Source: Spirochaetota bacterium (GTDB taxonomy: Bacteria > Spirochaetota > Brachyspiria > Brachyspirales > JACRPF01). From it: a stretch of DNA of 64,000 nucleotides. Position 1 is the stretch's first letter. The number at the start of each line of letters is the position of its first letter. Location of the stretch: NCBI GenBank assembly GCA_016214035.1, contig JACRPF010000014.1, forward strand, positions 292,244 to 356,243. Direction: 5' to 3'. Made by a program: the position numbers and the translations under genes. Under the pieces are notes generated by a model. The model was not told the origin of the DNA and did not search any database. It was given only the letters and a program-made list of their open reading frames with translations. This document shows, piece after piece, positions 18,770 to 30,200 of the stretch.

Positions 18770-18924
18770 TAGCGCGGGTTTCCCGCAATACAATTCTGAA
18801 TAATCAAATAGCATCCATGCGCGCACCCGGATGCGCTGCGATAGCGGGAATTCAATTTGCATATTATTTTTGTTTTATTATATTAATAATCAGCACTAGA
18901 TATCAATGGAAAACGGATGTCACC

Positions 18925-19233
18925 ATGTATACAATGAATACCGCTTTTGAAAACGAGGCGATAGTACTGCGCATCGAAGGTGAACTTTCACTGGAGCATA
19001 TTGCCGAATTTAAAACACGCGTAAAAGAGGAGATCCAAAGATCCGCCGCCACTACCGTCATCTTTGATCTCGGCGAGCTCAGTTATGTAGACTCGGCAGG
19101 AATAGGCTCGCTATTCTTCATCAAGAATATGGTCGATAAAATGGACGGCGAAATGCAGGTGAAAGCGGTATCGCCTCGCGTGCGCGAAATCATGAAAAGC
19201 TGCGGTATGCTTTCGGTTTTTAATATCACCTGA
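18925..19233 (+). CDS. STAS-domain anti-sigma-factor antagonist (SpoIIAA/RsbV-like)
   Basis: IFDLGELSYVDSAGIGSLFFIKN carries the conserved D-S-x-G phospho-serine motif. The start is trimmed to MYTMNT (18925); the track ORF starts at 18817 inside the tRNA-flanking region. Confidence 0.8.
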   Translation: MYTMNTAFENEAIVLRIEGELSLEHIAEFKTRVKEEIQRSAATTVIFDLGELSYVDSAGIGSLFFIKNMVDKMDGEMQVKAVSPRVREIMKSCGMLSVFNIT

Positions 19234-19247
19234 CCAAGGCTAATTTT

Positions 19248-20330
19248 ATGGAAAAGACCGCACAATTACTGAATGTGCTGCACGACTTTTCTGAGAATCT
19301 GCTGAATACGAATTACGCCAAAATAGACAACCTCTACTCGCTTACGGTGCTTTATTGCGCCGAGTTCCTGAAATGCGACCGCGCCTCATTCCTGAGATAT
19401 AACCGGGAAGAGGATTTTCTGTATCACGGCAATACCGCGCAATTCACCGCGGCGCGGGAGATTGTCAGCGGCGTTGATGCGACATTAAAGCACATCACCA
19501 TACCGTTCACCGCGGACTTCAGACACGCCGTCCGCGATCACGGGGATCTGGTTGTGGTGAGCGATCCGGCACAGCATTATATGCTCTCCCCGGCGATTGA
19601 CGATATGCTCGGCATTCAGGCAAAACACATGCTTATCATACCGCTTATTCTGAATGATGAATTCGTGGGCGTCATCGAGGCGGTGCGGGGCGGCGCGGAA
19701 ACCGATGCGTTCGACGCCGTTGATCAGATATTCTTCGTAACACTCATCAACTTCATCGTCACGCTCCTGTCCGGCATCCGCAGTTCCGACTGGGCGATAC
19801 GCGACACGCTTACCGGCGCGTTCAACGTGGGCTATTTCAAACAGGCGTGCGAGCACCTTATCAACGACCAGAACCGCCGCCGTTCGCAGATTGTAAATAA
19901 CTTCTGCGTAGCCATGATCGACGTGGATGATTTCAAGAAGGTGAACGACCGGTACGGGCATCATGCGGGTGATGCGGTGCTGCTCCACTGCGTCAATGCC
20001 ATTACGTCGTGTTTGCGCAAAGATGATATTCTCGCGCGATACGGCGGCGACGAGTTTTCGGTTATCTTCCGGGCATGTCCGCTTTCGAACGTAAGCATAG
20101 CATGCGAGCGCATTCTTTCTCATATGCGGAATGAAAAGATAATCGTTGACGGCAATGAAATTATTCAGACTATGTCTATCGGTGTTGCCGAATTTTCAAC
20201 GCATGGCACGCAGCGCGATGACGTCATGCGTCATGCGGATATCGCCATGTATCAGTCAAAAAAGCGCGGCAAGAACTGCTTCACAATATATGCCCCCGGC
20301 ATGGAAGTGGACGCATCTGCGCCGCATTGA
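19248..20330 (+). CDS. GAF-domain diguanylate cyclase (GGDEF)
   Basis: The N-terminal ~170 aa are GAF-like. The C-terminal GGDEF domain has an intact active site RYGGDEFSVIF and upstream DVDDFKKVNDRYGHHAGD. Starts 15 nt after the STAS gene. Confidence 0.85.
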   Translation: MEKTAQLLNVLHDFSENLLNTNYAKIDNLYSLTVLYCAEFLKCDRASFLRYNREEDFLYHGNTAQFTAAREIVSGVDATLKHITIPFTADFRHAVRDHGDLVVVSDPAQHYMLSPAIDDMLGIQAKHMLIIPLILNDEFVGVIEAVRGGAETDAFDAVDQIFFVTLINFIVTLLSGIRSSDWAIRDTLTGAFNVGYFKQACEHLINDQNRRRSQIVNNFCVAMIDVDDFKKVNDRYGHHAGDAVLLHCVNAITSCLRKDDILARYGGDEFSVIFRACPLSNVSIACERILSHMRNEKIIVDGNEIIQTMSIGVAEFSTHGTQRDDVMRHADIAMYQSKKRGKNCFTIYAPGMEVDASAPH

Positions 20331-20531
20331 CTGCTGCTGGCAAGACCGCTTATTCACGCCGGTAGAATTATATACCTCACGACACACCTCTTTAGTGCAG
20401 ACGATAAATGCTCGATTTATTAACAGGGGTTTGCGGTTCGTTATTATGTAAACATCAGAATGCATAATTGTTTTGCCGATATTTCATTGTTTTTTATGCA
20501 ATTTCGCAGCATATCCGCGACACTCCTGTTT

Positions 20532-20547
20532 TGGCACGGAAATTGTA
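20532..20547 (+). promoter_or_regulatory. Sigma54 (-24/-12)-type promoter candidate upstream of the DUF1540 genes and the giant gene
   Basis: TGGCACggaaaTTGTa matches TGGCAC-N5-TTGC with one mismatch (GG-N10-GT). AGGAGG at 20561-20566 and the ATG at 20575 follow. Confidence 0.5.
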
Positions 20548-20574
20548 AATATATACATGAAGGAGGAACATCGT

Positions 20575-20880
20575 ATGTCAATGGGTATGCCAAATATCAG
20601 TTCGTGTGAAAATCTTGCCTGCGCATACAATTGTGATAACAAATGCAATGCGATGACGGTTATCGTGTCTGAGAACGAGGGCACGAAGTGCGATACGCAG
20701 TTCTCATCGGCGGGAAAAGCTGATCTCCTGCCGGCTGTCGGGTTCGTTGCCGCATGCTGCGTTACGGATTGCAGGTACAACAATACATTGAAGTGCAGGG
20801 CTAACGGCATACGAATAGTCCTGCGTTCCGACCACGCTGAATGCGGAACATATCTTAACGACAAGATCAAGATGGCCTGA
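20575..20880 (+). CDS. Cys-rich protein with two DUF1540-type repeats (paralog 1)
   Basis: SSCENLACAYNCDNKCNAMTVIVSENEGTKCDTQF and CCVTDCRYNNTLKCRANGIRIVLRSDHAECGTYL fit the DUF1540 pattern C-x3-4-C-x-Y-N-x4-C-x-A-x2-I-x-V...C-x-T-(F/Y). The start is chosen at 20575 (AGGAGG 8 nt upstream); the track ORF starts at 20473. Confidence 0.7.
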   Translation: MSMGMPNISSCENLACAYNCDNKCNAMTVIVSENEGTKCDTQFSSAGKADLLPAVGFVAACCVTDCRYNNTLKCRANGIRIVLRSDHAECGTYLNDKIKMA

Positions 20881-20938
20881 GTGTACCTATGCGGTTGCAG
20901 GGACCGTCGGGATGATGACCCACGTGAGGTAAGACCGT

Positions 20939-21274
20939 ATGACAATTCATATGCCAAAAATACAGAAATGCGATGACACTGCCTGCGAGTACAACCGCGA
21001 CAGAAAATGCACATCCCAAACGGTGATAATGCCTGAGGGGAACGGAGCGATATGCAAGTCGATAAATAAATCGGCGGGTAAAACGTTTTATTCTCTGCCG
21101 ATAGGGTCGATTGCCTTTTGCATTGTAAAACAATGCAGATATAACCGCGCGCTTGAGTGTACCACAAAAAACATACACATGTGTATGCATTCCGGGCATA
21201 CGGAATGCGGGACCTTTGCAGGCGAACAAACGCGGAGGCAAAGTCCGCCTGCACGAACAGAACAGGACGGATAG
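20939..21274 (+). CDS. Cys-rich protein with two DUF1540-type repeats (paralog 2)
   Basis: KCDDTACEYNRDRKCTSQTVIMPEGNGAICKSI and FCIVKQCRYNRALECTTKNIHMCMHSGHTECGTF. GAGG RBS upstream. Tandem paralog of 20575-20880. Confidence 0.7.
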   Translation: MTIHMPKIQKCDDTACEYNRDRKCTSQTVIMPEGNGAICKSINKSAGKTFYSLPIGSIAFCIVKQCRYNRALECTTKNIHMCMHSGHTECGTFAGEQTRRQSPPARTEQDG

Positions 21275-21295
21275 TACAACGAACGAGGCATAAAA

Positions 21296-24200
21296 ATGAT
21301 TCGTATCGGGGGAAATACCGGCGTAACAGCCTGCAACAGAGAAGCGGCACTACTGCCGCTCGTGATGTTTGTTGCCGCGGTGATGTCCCTGCACGGCGCT
21401 GTTGTATCATCGAACACGAACACGGGATTGACCTATACGAATATCCAATCAGCGGTGACGGCGGCGGCGGCCGGTCAGACAATCGTGGTCTTTGAAGGCT
21501 GCTACAAAGAGAATATCACGGTAAGCGCCAAAACGAATGTTACGCTCGTGTCATATGCCTATATGACGAACGGCTCACGCACCGGCGTGGTTCTTAACGG
21601 AGGATTGCTGAATGACACCATCAATCTGATACATGCCGTCTCTAACCGCGTGGCCGGGTTTACCGTAACCAACGGCAAGGATGCCGGCATACTTATCGAC
21701 GGGACATCGAAATGGAACGAAGTTGAGAATAATATCCTCTGTCTGAACAACAAGTGGGGGGCGGCGGTCAACAGCACCACCGCGGTATCGAACCGTATTG
21801 TGAGTAACGAGATATTCAGCAATAAAACGGCGAACGATGCGAATGGCGGCATTTACATCGCGGATGCCGATTATACGGTAATCGACCGTAACCTGATACA
21901 TCACAATTTCAACGCGGGGATAGTTTTTATCAACAGTGCCGTTGGTACGCTTGTGACAGGGAATATTATCGTATCGAACGCGTCATTCGGGATAATATGT
22001 AATAACGCGGCGGTGGGATATACGGAAGTCTCACAGAATACCATCGGGAACAACAGCCGGGGTTTCAATATACTGAACGGCGCGGCCGGATGGCTTATTC
22101 AGAGCAATAATATCGCGGGTAATACGACGGGTGTGTATCTCACCGAGAACGGGAATACGATACGCGGCAATAATATGATCTCAAACACTATCGGGGTAGA
22201 TATCGAAAGCGTTTCATCTACGACGAACGCCGGGAACCTTTTTCTTGCCAATGGAATTGCCATCTATATCAACGGCGGTTCCGCGAGCAGCATTGCCAAT
22301 AATATATTCACGAATAATACGAACTGCGGCGTGTATGTCCTCGGCACGGCGCTCAATCATGCAATCGAGAGCAATCTGTTCACCGCATCGGGGTCGAGTG
22401 CAATAGCGCTGACCGTCGACGGAGTCGGGTTCACGTCTATTAGAAGCAATATCATACGCGGCGGCATGTCGAACGGTATTTTCATCACATTGGCCGACGA
22501 TAATTTTATCGAATGCAACGTCATCTCAGACATGATCCAAAACGGAATTTACATCGGTTCGGGAGCGGTCAACACATCGATTTCCAACAATATAATCTGC
22601 AATACATCAAACGGGTTCAACCTTGGTGAAGGCAGCGGGGTAAAGATACTCAGAAACACGTTGAGCAACAATACAATAGGCATATATTATTTCGACAATC
22701 TGACGTTCCCGCTCACGTGGAATAACTTCACTAACAATGCACTGCATTTTACGAACACCACCGGGGCAGTTATCTGCGGGCAGACGAATTTCTGGGGAAG
22801 CATACGGCTGCCAACGGTGATGAACTCTATCGGCGGCATCATCGATACGAATCAATACGTGCCGTATCGTCTGGGTTTCGTAGGTACAGCGCAGCCGGAC
22901 ATCACGCCGCCGCCGGTTCCGTCGTTTACAGCTGGCGAGAACAGAACGAACAGTATCGTATTGCGCTGGACGAACAGCGCGGCAGATATCGGCGGCTATC
23001 GAATATACCGCGCGTTCTCGGATACATGGACGAACTTCACTACGTACTATGCAGACATTCCGACAGACTTGACCACGATGTGCTGGACGGACACAGCCGT
23101 TGATACGAATTTCACGAATTTTTATTTCGTTACCGCGTATGACACGAACACCAACGCCGGGCAGTTCATCAATGAAAGCTGGTTCAGTGAATCGTATTAC
23201 GTTTCAATGCCTGTCTGGAATACCAATACGGGCGTAAAATACCGGACGATACAGACTGCGGTGGACGCGGCTGGCAGCGGTCATACCATCGTAGTTTTTG
23301 ACGGTATTTTTAAGGAAAACGTGGTTCTCTCCAACATGAATGTAACGCTCGCCGCATATTCTTTTCTCACAAACGGCAATCGGGCAGGCGTTATAATCGA
23401 CGGCAGCCTGACCGCAGCGGGGATCAGAGTTAGAAACGGACTATCAAACCGCGTCATCGGTTTTTCCGTCACTAATGGAAAAGACGCAGGTATCATGGTC
23501 GACGGGGCGTCGGCATATAATTCAATAGAAAACAATGTGGTGTATTTAAATAATAAATGGGGAATAAACATAAACGGGAAAACAGCGTTCAGTAACCGCG
23601 TCGTCAGCAATGAAGCATACAGTAATATCACCGCGGCCGATGCCGACAGCGGCATTCAGATAAAGGACGCCGATTATACCGTTCTCTACCGGAACTATAT
23701 CCATCACAACCTGAATTCCGGTATTGTCCTCACCGGCGCAGCAACCAACAGTATCATCCTTGAAAACACTATTGCCTCGAACCTGTCATATGGATTTTAT
23801 TGCAATAACTCCGGCGCGGGGTACACGGAGATCATCAGCAACACCATCGTCGGCAACATCAACGGCATCTATATACTCGCGGGAACCGCCGGTAAGCTGA
23901 TTGTAAGCAATAGCATATATCTGAACACTGCCGGTATTTATCTCGGTGAAGATTTCAATACAATCCGGCACAATACCATATATTCAAACACATACGGAAT
24001 TCAGATAAACACGGCAACGTATAACACCAATGACGGCAACATTTTTTTCGCGAACGCCACGGGCATCATTTCAGCAAATGCCGTCACGGGAAATATATTC
24101 CGGAGCAATCTGTTTTCCAACAACTTGGACAACGGCATGTATCTGGCGGGCAGTGGCACCGGCATAAAGGCACTTAACAACAGCTTCATAACAACCGGAA

Positions 24201-27200
24201 CGAATGCATTCACGCTTGCGGTTGCAGCAGTCACGGTACAAAGCAATACATTTGAAGGTGTCGGCACGAACGGCATATTCATCACCGCAACGACGGCTGT
24301 CATCAACGACAATATCATCAAAGCCGCTGCGAGTAACGGAGTTTTTGTAGCCGCTAACGCAAATGTCCCGCTCATCTCCAATAATATCATCTGCAATGCG
24401 AGCAACGGAATTCAACTCAACGAAGGGACTACGGCGAAATTGATATGCAACACGATTAGCAATAATACGATAGGCGTCTACTATACGGACACATTGACGT
24501 TCATGCTGAACTGGAATAATTTTTCCAACAATTCGCTTCATTTCTCAAATGCGGCGGGGGCCACATTCACCGGCCAGACGAATTATTGGAGCAGCATCAC
24601 ATTGCCGATAGTGACAAGCAAAATCGGCGGCGTGACGAATACCAATGTCTATGTGCCCTACCGGCTTGGGTGGATGGGCACTTCACAGGCGGATATGCTA
24701 CCGCCCAACAGGCCGGTATTCACCAATGCAATAAGTACGAATTCCGGTGTGGCATTATGTTGGACGAATAACGGATCGGACATCGGTGGATACAGGATAT
24801 ACCGTTCATTCACCAACACCTGGACGAACTTCACAACATATTATGCTGATATTCCGACAACGGCAACCGCACTGTCATGGGTCGACACGAACGCAAGTTC
24901 GAACATGACGAATTACTATTTCGTGACCGCATATGACAGGAATACCAATACCGGACAGTGTATCAATGAAAGCTGGTTCAGCGCATCGTCCACAAACGGC
25001 ATTCGGCTCACACCGGCAATATGGGTGGAGGGCATTACGCCCACGGCGCTGTCGTGGATCAACAGTTCACCGATTACCTTCAGCGGAATGGCAAGCACAA
25101 CGAACGGCTATCTTGTCAGTGTCTATTTCAGCACCAACGCCACGAGCGGTTATGGTTTGGTAACAGGCACCACGAACTGGACGACGAATTTCGACGTGAG
25201 TGCATTCCCCGTAACAAATGTAATTTATCTCGTGGTGAGCAACAGCGCGGGCAAAGTATTGTCGAATTTCCAAACGAACTATATCGACCTGAGCGCACCG
25301 CTTACCGGGATAACAAATCTCATTGCCGGAACCATTGTCGGCGGGACAATCACCATACGCGGAACGAATATGGACGTGCAGTCGGGCATACAGGAAACGG
25401 TGATAACGATCACGAACACCAATGGGACCATGGTATTTATTGACGGGCTTCAGAACGGCAATGAGTTTTCGAACTATTGGGACACAACGGGTGTGGATGA
25501 TGGCGCATACTATGTCTATGCGGCTTCAATAAACGGAGCCGGCGGCGCCGCAAACTCCGCAAGCACAAGGCTTATCGTGAACAATATCGCGCCGCAGATC
25601 GCACAGACCAATATCGCTCAGTTCGCTACAAAAAGCGGCGTTTTGGCGTTCAAAGGTTATGCGATGAACTCGGCGGCAGTGCTTGATCCGCCGGCGGTAT
25701 ATTTCAAGACGAATGGCGGCACATTCGCGCTCGTGACGAACGGCACAATTTTCACAACGAATATAAACAGCACTACGCACCCTGACGGTACGAACGTATT
25801 CGAGTTTATTACGGTATCGTCGAATTTTAAGACGAATTATTTCTCTCAGACGAACATCATCGACAACAGTGTTCCTTATGCGGCGGTTACCAATATTATG
25901 AGCGGCAGCGTTATCAGCAACACCGTGACATATTATGGCACAAACTATGAAAATCTGTCCAGCATAATGGCTTTGATGCTGTATACCAACGGCGCGCTCT
26001 ATACCTGGACAAATACGACTCCCGCGTTCGAGTTGACATTGGACACACTTTTGATCCAAAATGGAATGCTCGCGCTCTCGTTAATCGTATCGAACGGCGT
26101 TGGGCTTACATATACTAATCATTTCACGAACTATATTACCAATGGCAGCGCTCCGTTCACGGGCATTACGAATCCGGCACCGCTTACGTGGATAACGAAT
26201 ACGCCGGTATCGGTTGAAGGGTATGCCAGCAACATTTTCGGTCAGATGTCGGCAATATTTTTCAGCACGAACGCGACAACGGCATATGCGCATACTGGCG
26301 GCACGACCACGAATTGGACAACGAACGTAGATGTAACCGGTTTTCCGGTTACAAACATATTCTATGTGGTTGCAAGCAACGAATTCTATTTCAATGCAAC
26401 GAACAGACAGACGAATTATGTGGACTTGAGCCCTCCGAATGCAAATATTACAAACCTCGAGATCGGCGCAATAATCGGGGGTTCCATGACGCTCCGGGGA
26501 ACGAACATCGATATACAGTCCGGCATTACGGCAACATGGATCATCATCTCAAATGAAATCGGGTTGACGACGAATCTCCCGGGGCTCCAGAACGGTATTG
26601 AATTCACTAATATATGGAATACCACAGGCACGGCTGACGGCGTGTATTATGCGAGTATACTATCGTCGAACGGGGCTGGTATTGAAACGGATACGGCAGG
26701 CAGAATGTTTATCGTCAATAATATCGCGCCAATAATAACGCAAACAGATATAGCGCAATTAACGACCAATACCGGGACGATAGCGTTTGCCGGATATGCA
26801 ACGAATATCGCATGGGCCTTAGACCCACCGGCAGTATATTTCAGGACAAACGGCGGCACGTTCGCGCTGGTGGCGAACAGTGTGTTTTTCACGACGAACA
26901 TAGACTCTTCGATACTTCCCGACGGTACGAATGCATTTGAATTCATGGCGGTATCGTCGAATTATAAAACGAATTACTTTTATCAAACCAACATCATCGA
27001 TAACAGCGCGCCATATGCGTGTATTACGAACATTACCGCCGGCCAGATAGTCGGCGGGATTATAACGATACGCGGAACGAATGCCGACCTGTTTTCGGGC
27101 ATATATAACACGAGGATTATCGTCACGAATGCCGGCGGGGCTGTAACGAATATCGCGGGGATGCAGAACGGCGTAGAGTTCACAAATAGCTTGAGCACGG

Positions 27201-30200
27201 CCGGCATCACCGACGGCAAATATTACGTTTATGTAACCGTTACAAACGGCGTCGGAATAGGAACAAACACCGCGAGCACGATGTTCGTTGTGAACAATCT
27301 CGCACCGATAATCGCGCAAACGAATATTGCGATGTTGACGACAAACCGGGGCGTACTATCATTTCAAGGTTACGCTACGAATATCGTATCGTTACTCGAT
27401 CCTCCGGCGATATACTTCAAAACGAACGGCGGCAATTTGGCACTGATGACAAACGGCACGGTATTCACGACGAACATCAATAGCGCTGTCCTTCCCGACG
27501 GCTCCAACTCGTTCGAATTCATCGCCGTGTCTTCAAACTACATGACCAATACGTTCTATCAGACAAATATTATCGATAATAGCGCGCCGTTTGCGGCGGT
27601 AACGAATTATGCCAACGGATGCACGATCAGCAATACCGTTGTCTATCGCGGCACGAATTACGAGAATGTATCCGGCGTTACCGCGACGATGCTGTACACG
27701 AACGGCGCGTTCTATGCATGGACGAATACAACACCGGCGTTTGAATTTTCAATCGACGCTTTGTTTTTCCGTAACGGCGTGCTTCCGATATCCATTATCG
27801 TATCGAACGAGGTAGGCCTTACGTATACAAATAATTTCACGAACTATGTGACCAACGGCAGCACACCGTTTGTGGGGATAACGAATCCATCGCCGGTAAC
27901 GTGGATAACGAACGATACAATTACCTTCGAGGGTTACGCAAGCAATACCATGGGCCAGATGACGGGGGTATTTTTCAGCACGAACGCGGTATCGGGATAT
28001 GCGCCTGCGGGAGGCACCACCACGAATTGGACGACGAACGTAACGGTTACCGGTTATCCGGTGACGAACGTTTTCTATGTCGTGGCAAGCAATGAATTTT
28101 ACTTCGCTACAACGAATAAACAGACAAACTATGTGGACCTCAGTGCGCCGGTTGCGGACATCACCAACATTACCGCCGGGCTGATTTTCGGCGGGACGCA
28201 TACGATACGCGGCACGAATGTTGATGCGCAATCGGATATTATGGTAACACGCATCATCGTCACAAATGCGGCGGGAGCGGTGACGAATATCACGGGGCTA
28301 CAAAACGGTGTTGAGTTTACAAATAACTGGGACACGACGGGTGTCGCTGACGGCAGGTTTTTTGCATACGTAACAGCAACTAACAACGCGGGTCTCGGCA
28401 CGAACACCACTAGCGTTCAGTTCATCGTGAACAATCTCGCACCGGTGATAGCTCAGACGAATATCGCGATGATGGCGACAAACCGCGGAATGATGTCGTT
28501 CATCGGTTATTCGACGAACATAGCAAACGTCATCGATCCGCCGGCGGTCTATATGGCGACGAACGGCGGCGCGTTTGCTCTCATTACCAACGGCACGGGA
28601 TTTACGACGAATGTCAACAGCACAACGCTTCCCGACGGGACGAACGCATTCGAGTTCATTGCGGTTTCATCGAACGGCAATACGAATCATTTCTATCAAA
28701 CGAATATCATCGACAACAGCCCCCCCTATGCGGCGGTGACGAACTATGTAAACGGCAGCGTGATAAGCAATTCGATAACATATCGCGGCACGAATTATGA
28801 AAACATCTCCGGCGTAACGGCGATGATGCTGTACACGAACGGTGCGTTCTTTGCATACACCAACACATCGCCTGGATTTGAGTTCACGATGAATACCAGC
28901 GTTTTCCTGAACGGCATGCTCCCGCTGACACTTGTCGCATCGAACGGCGTGGGGTTGACGTATACAAATTACATTACTAACTATATCACAAACGGCAGCG
29001 CTCCATTCGTCGCAATAACAAACCCGGCACCTATGACATGGATAACGAATAACACTATATCCATACAAGGGTATGCAAGCAATCTTTCCGGACAGATGAC
29101 TGGCATATTTTTCAGCACGAATGTGACGGGCGGTTACGCGACTGCGGGCGGGACCACTACGAACTGGACGACGAACGTGACCGTCACCGGATTCCCCATC
29201 ACGAACGTATGGTATGTCGTCGCGAGCAACGAATATTATTTTGTGACCACGAACTGCCGGACGAACTTTGTGGACCTCAGCGCACCTGCCGCCGGAATAA
29301 CCAATATCACTGCGGGACAGATCATCGGCGGGACATATGTCTTCCGCGGCACGAATATGGATGTACAGTCGGGCATTGCATCCACGAGAATGATAGTCAC
29401 CAATACCGGAGGCATTGTTACGAACATAACCGGGCTTCAGAACGGCGATGAGTTCACGAATAGCTGGAATACGACCGGTGTGGCGGACGGCACATACTTC
29501 ATATATCTGATATCCACAAATACTGCCGGCATTGGAACGAACACCGCAGGCATTGCATTCATCGTGAATAATCTCGCGCCGGTGATAACTCAGACAAACA
29601 TCGCGGAACTTACGACGAACACGGGCACTCTTGCCTTCATCGGTTATGCGACGAACATTTCAAGTATCGTCGATCCTCCGGCGGTGTACCTGGCGACGAA
29701 CGGCGGCGCGTTTGCGCTTGTGACCAACGGGACCGGCTTTACGACAAACTTCAACAGCACCTCCCTGCTTGACGGCACGAATGTATTTACATTTGCGGCG
29801 GTATCATCAAACAACAGGACGAACTTTTATTATCAGACGAACGTCATCGACAACAGTATCCCGTTCGGTGCGCCGACAAATAATTTCAACGGCGCCACGA
29901 TTGCATCAACCATTGTCATTACGGGCACGAATTACGAAAACATCTCGGCGATAACGGCAAACGTACTCTTCACCAACGGGGCATTTTTCGCGTGGACGAA
30001 TACGTCTCCGTGGGAATTTACATTCGATTCAAGGCTGTTTACGAACGGGTTGTTGAAACTTGCCCTTGTAGTTTCCAACGGCGTCAATCTCGTATATACC
30101 AACGTGTGGACGAATTATGTGTCGAATGTAATTGTGGCATCGAATACCAACACGGGGACTACCTATACAACGATTCAGAATGCGGTAACAGCCGCCGGCG

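Noticed and set aside
20484-21482. 332-aa minus-strand ORF spanning both DUF1540 genes and the start of the giant gene
   Set aside because: It is antisense to three plus-strand genes that have good RBSs and recognisable motifs. Its translation is R/S/C/P-rich with no domain-like pattern and no RBS, so it is most likely a chance open frame.
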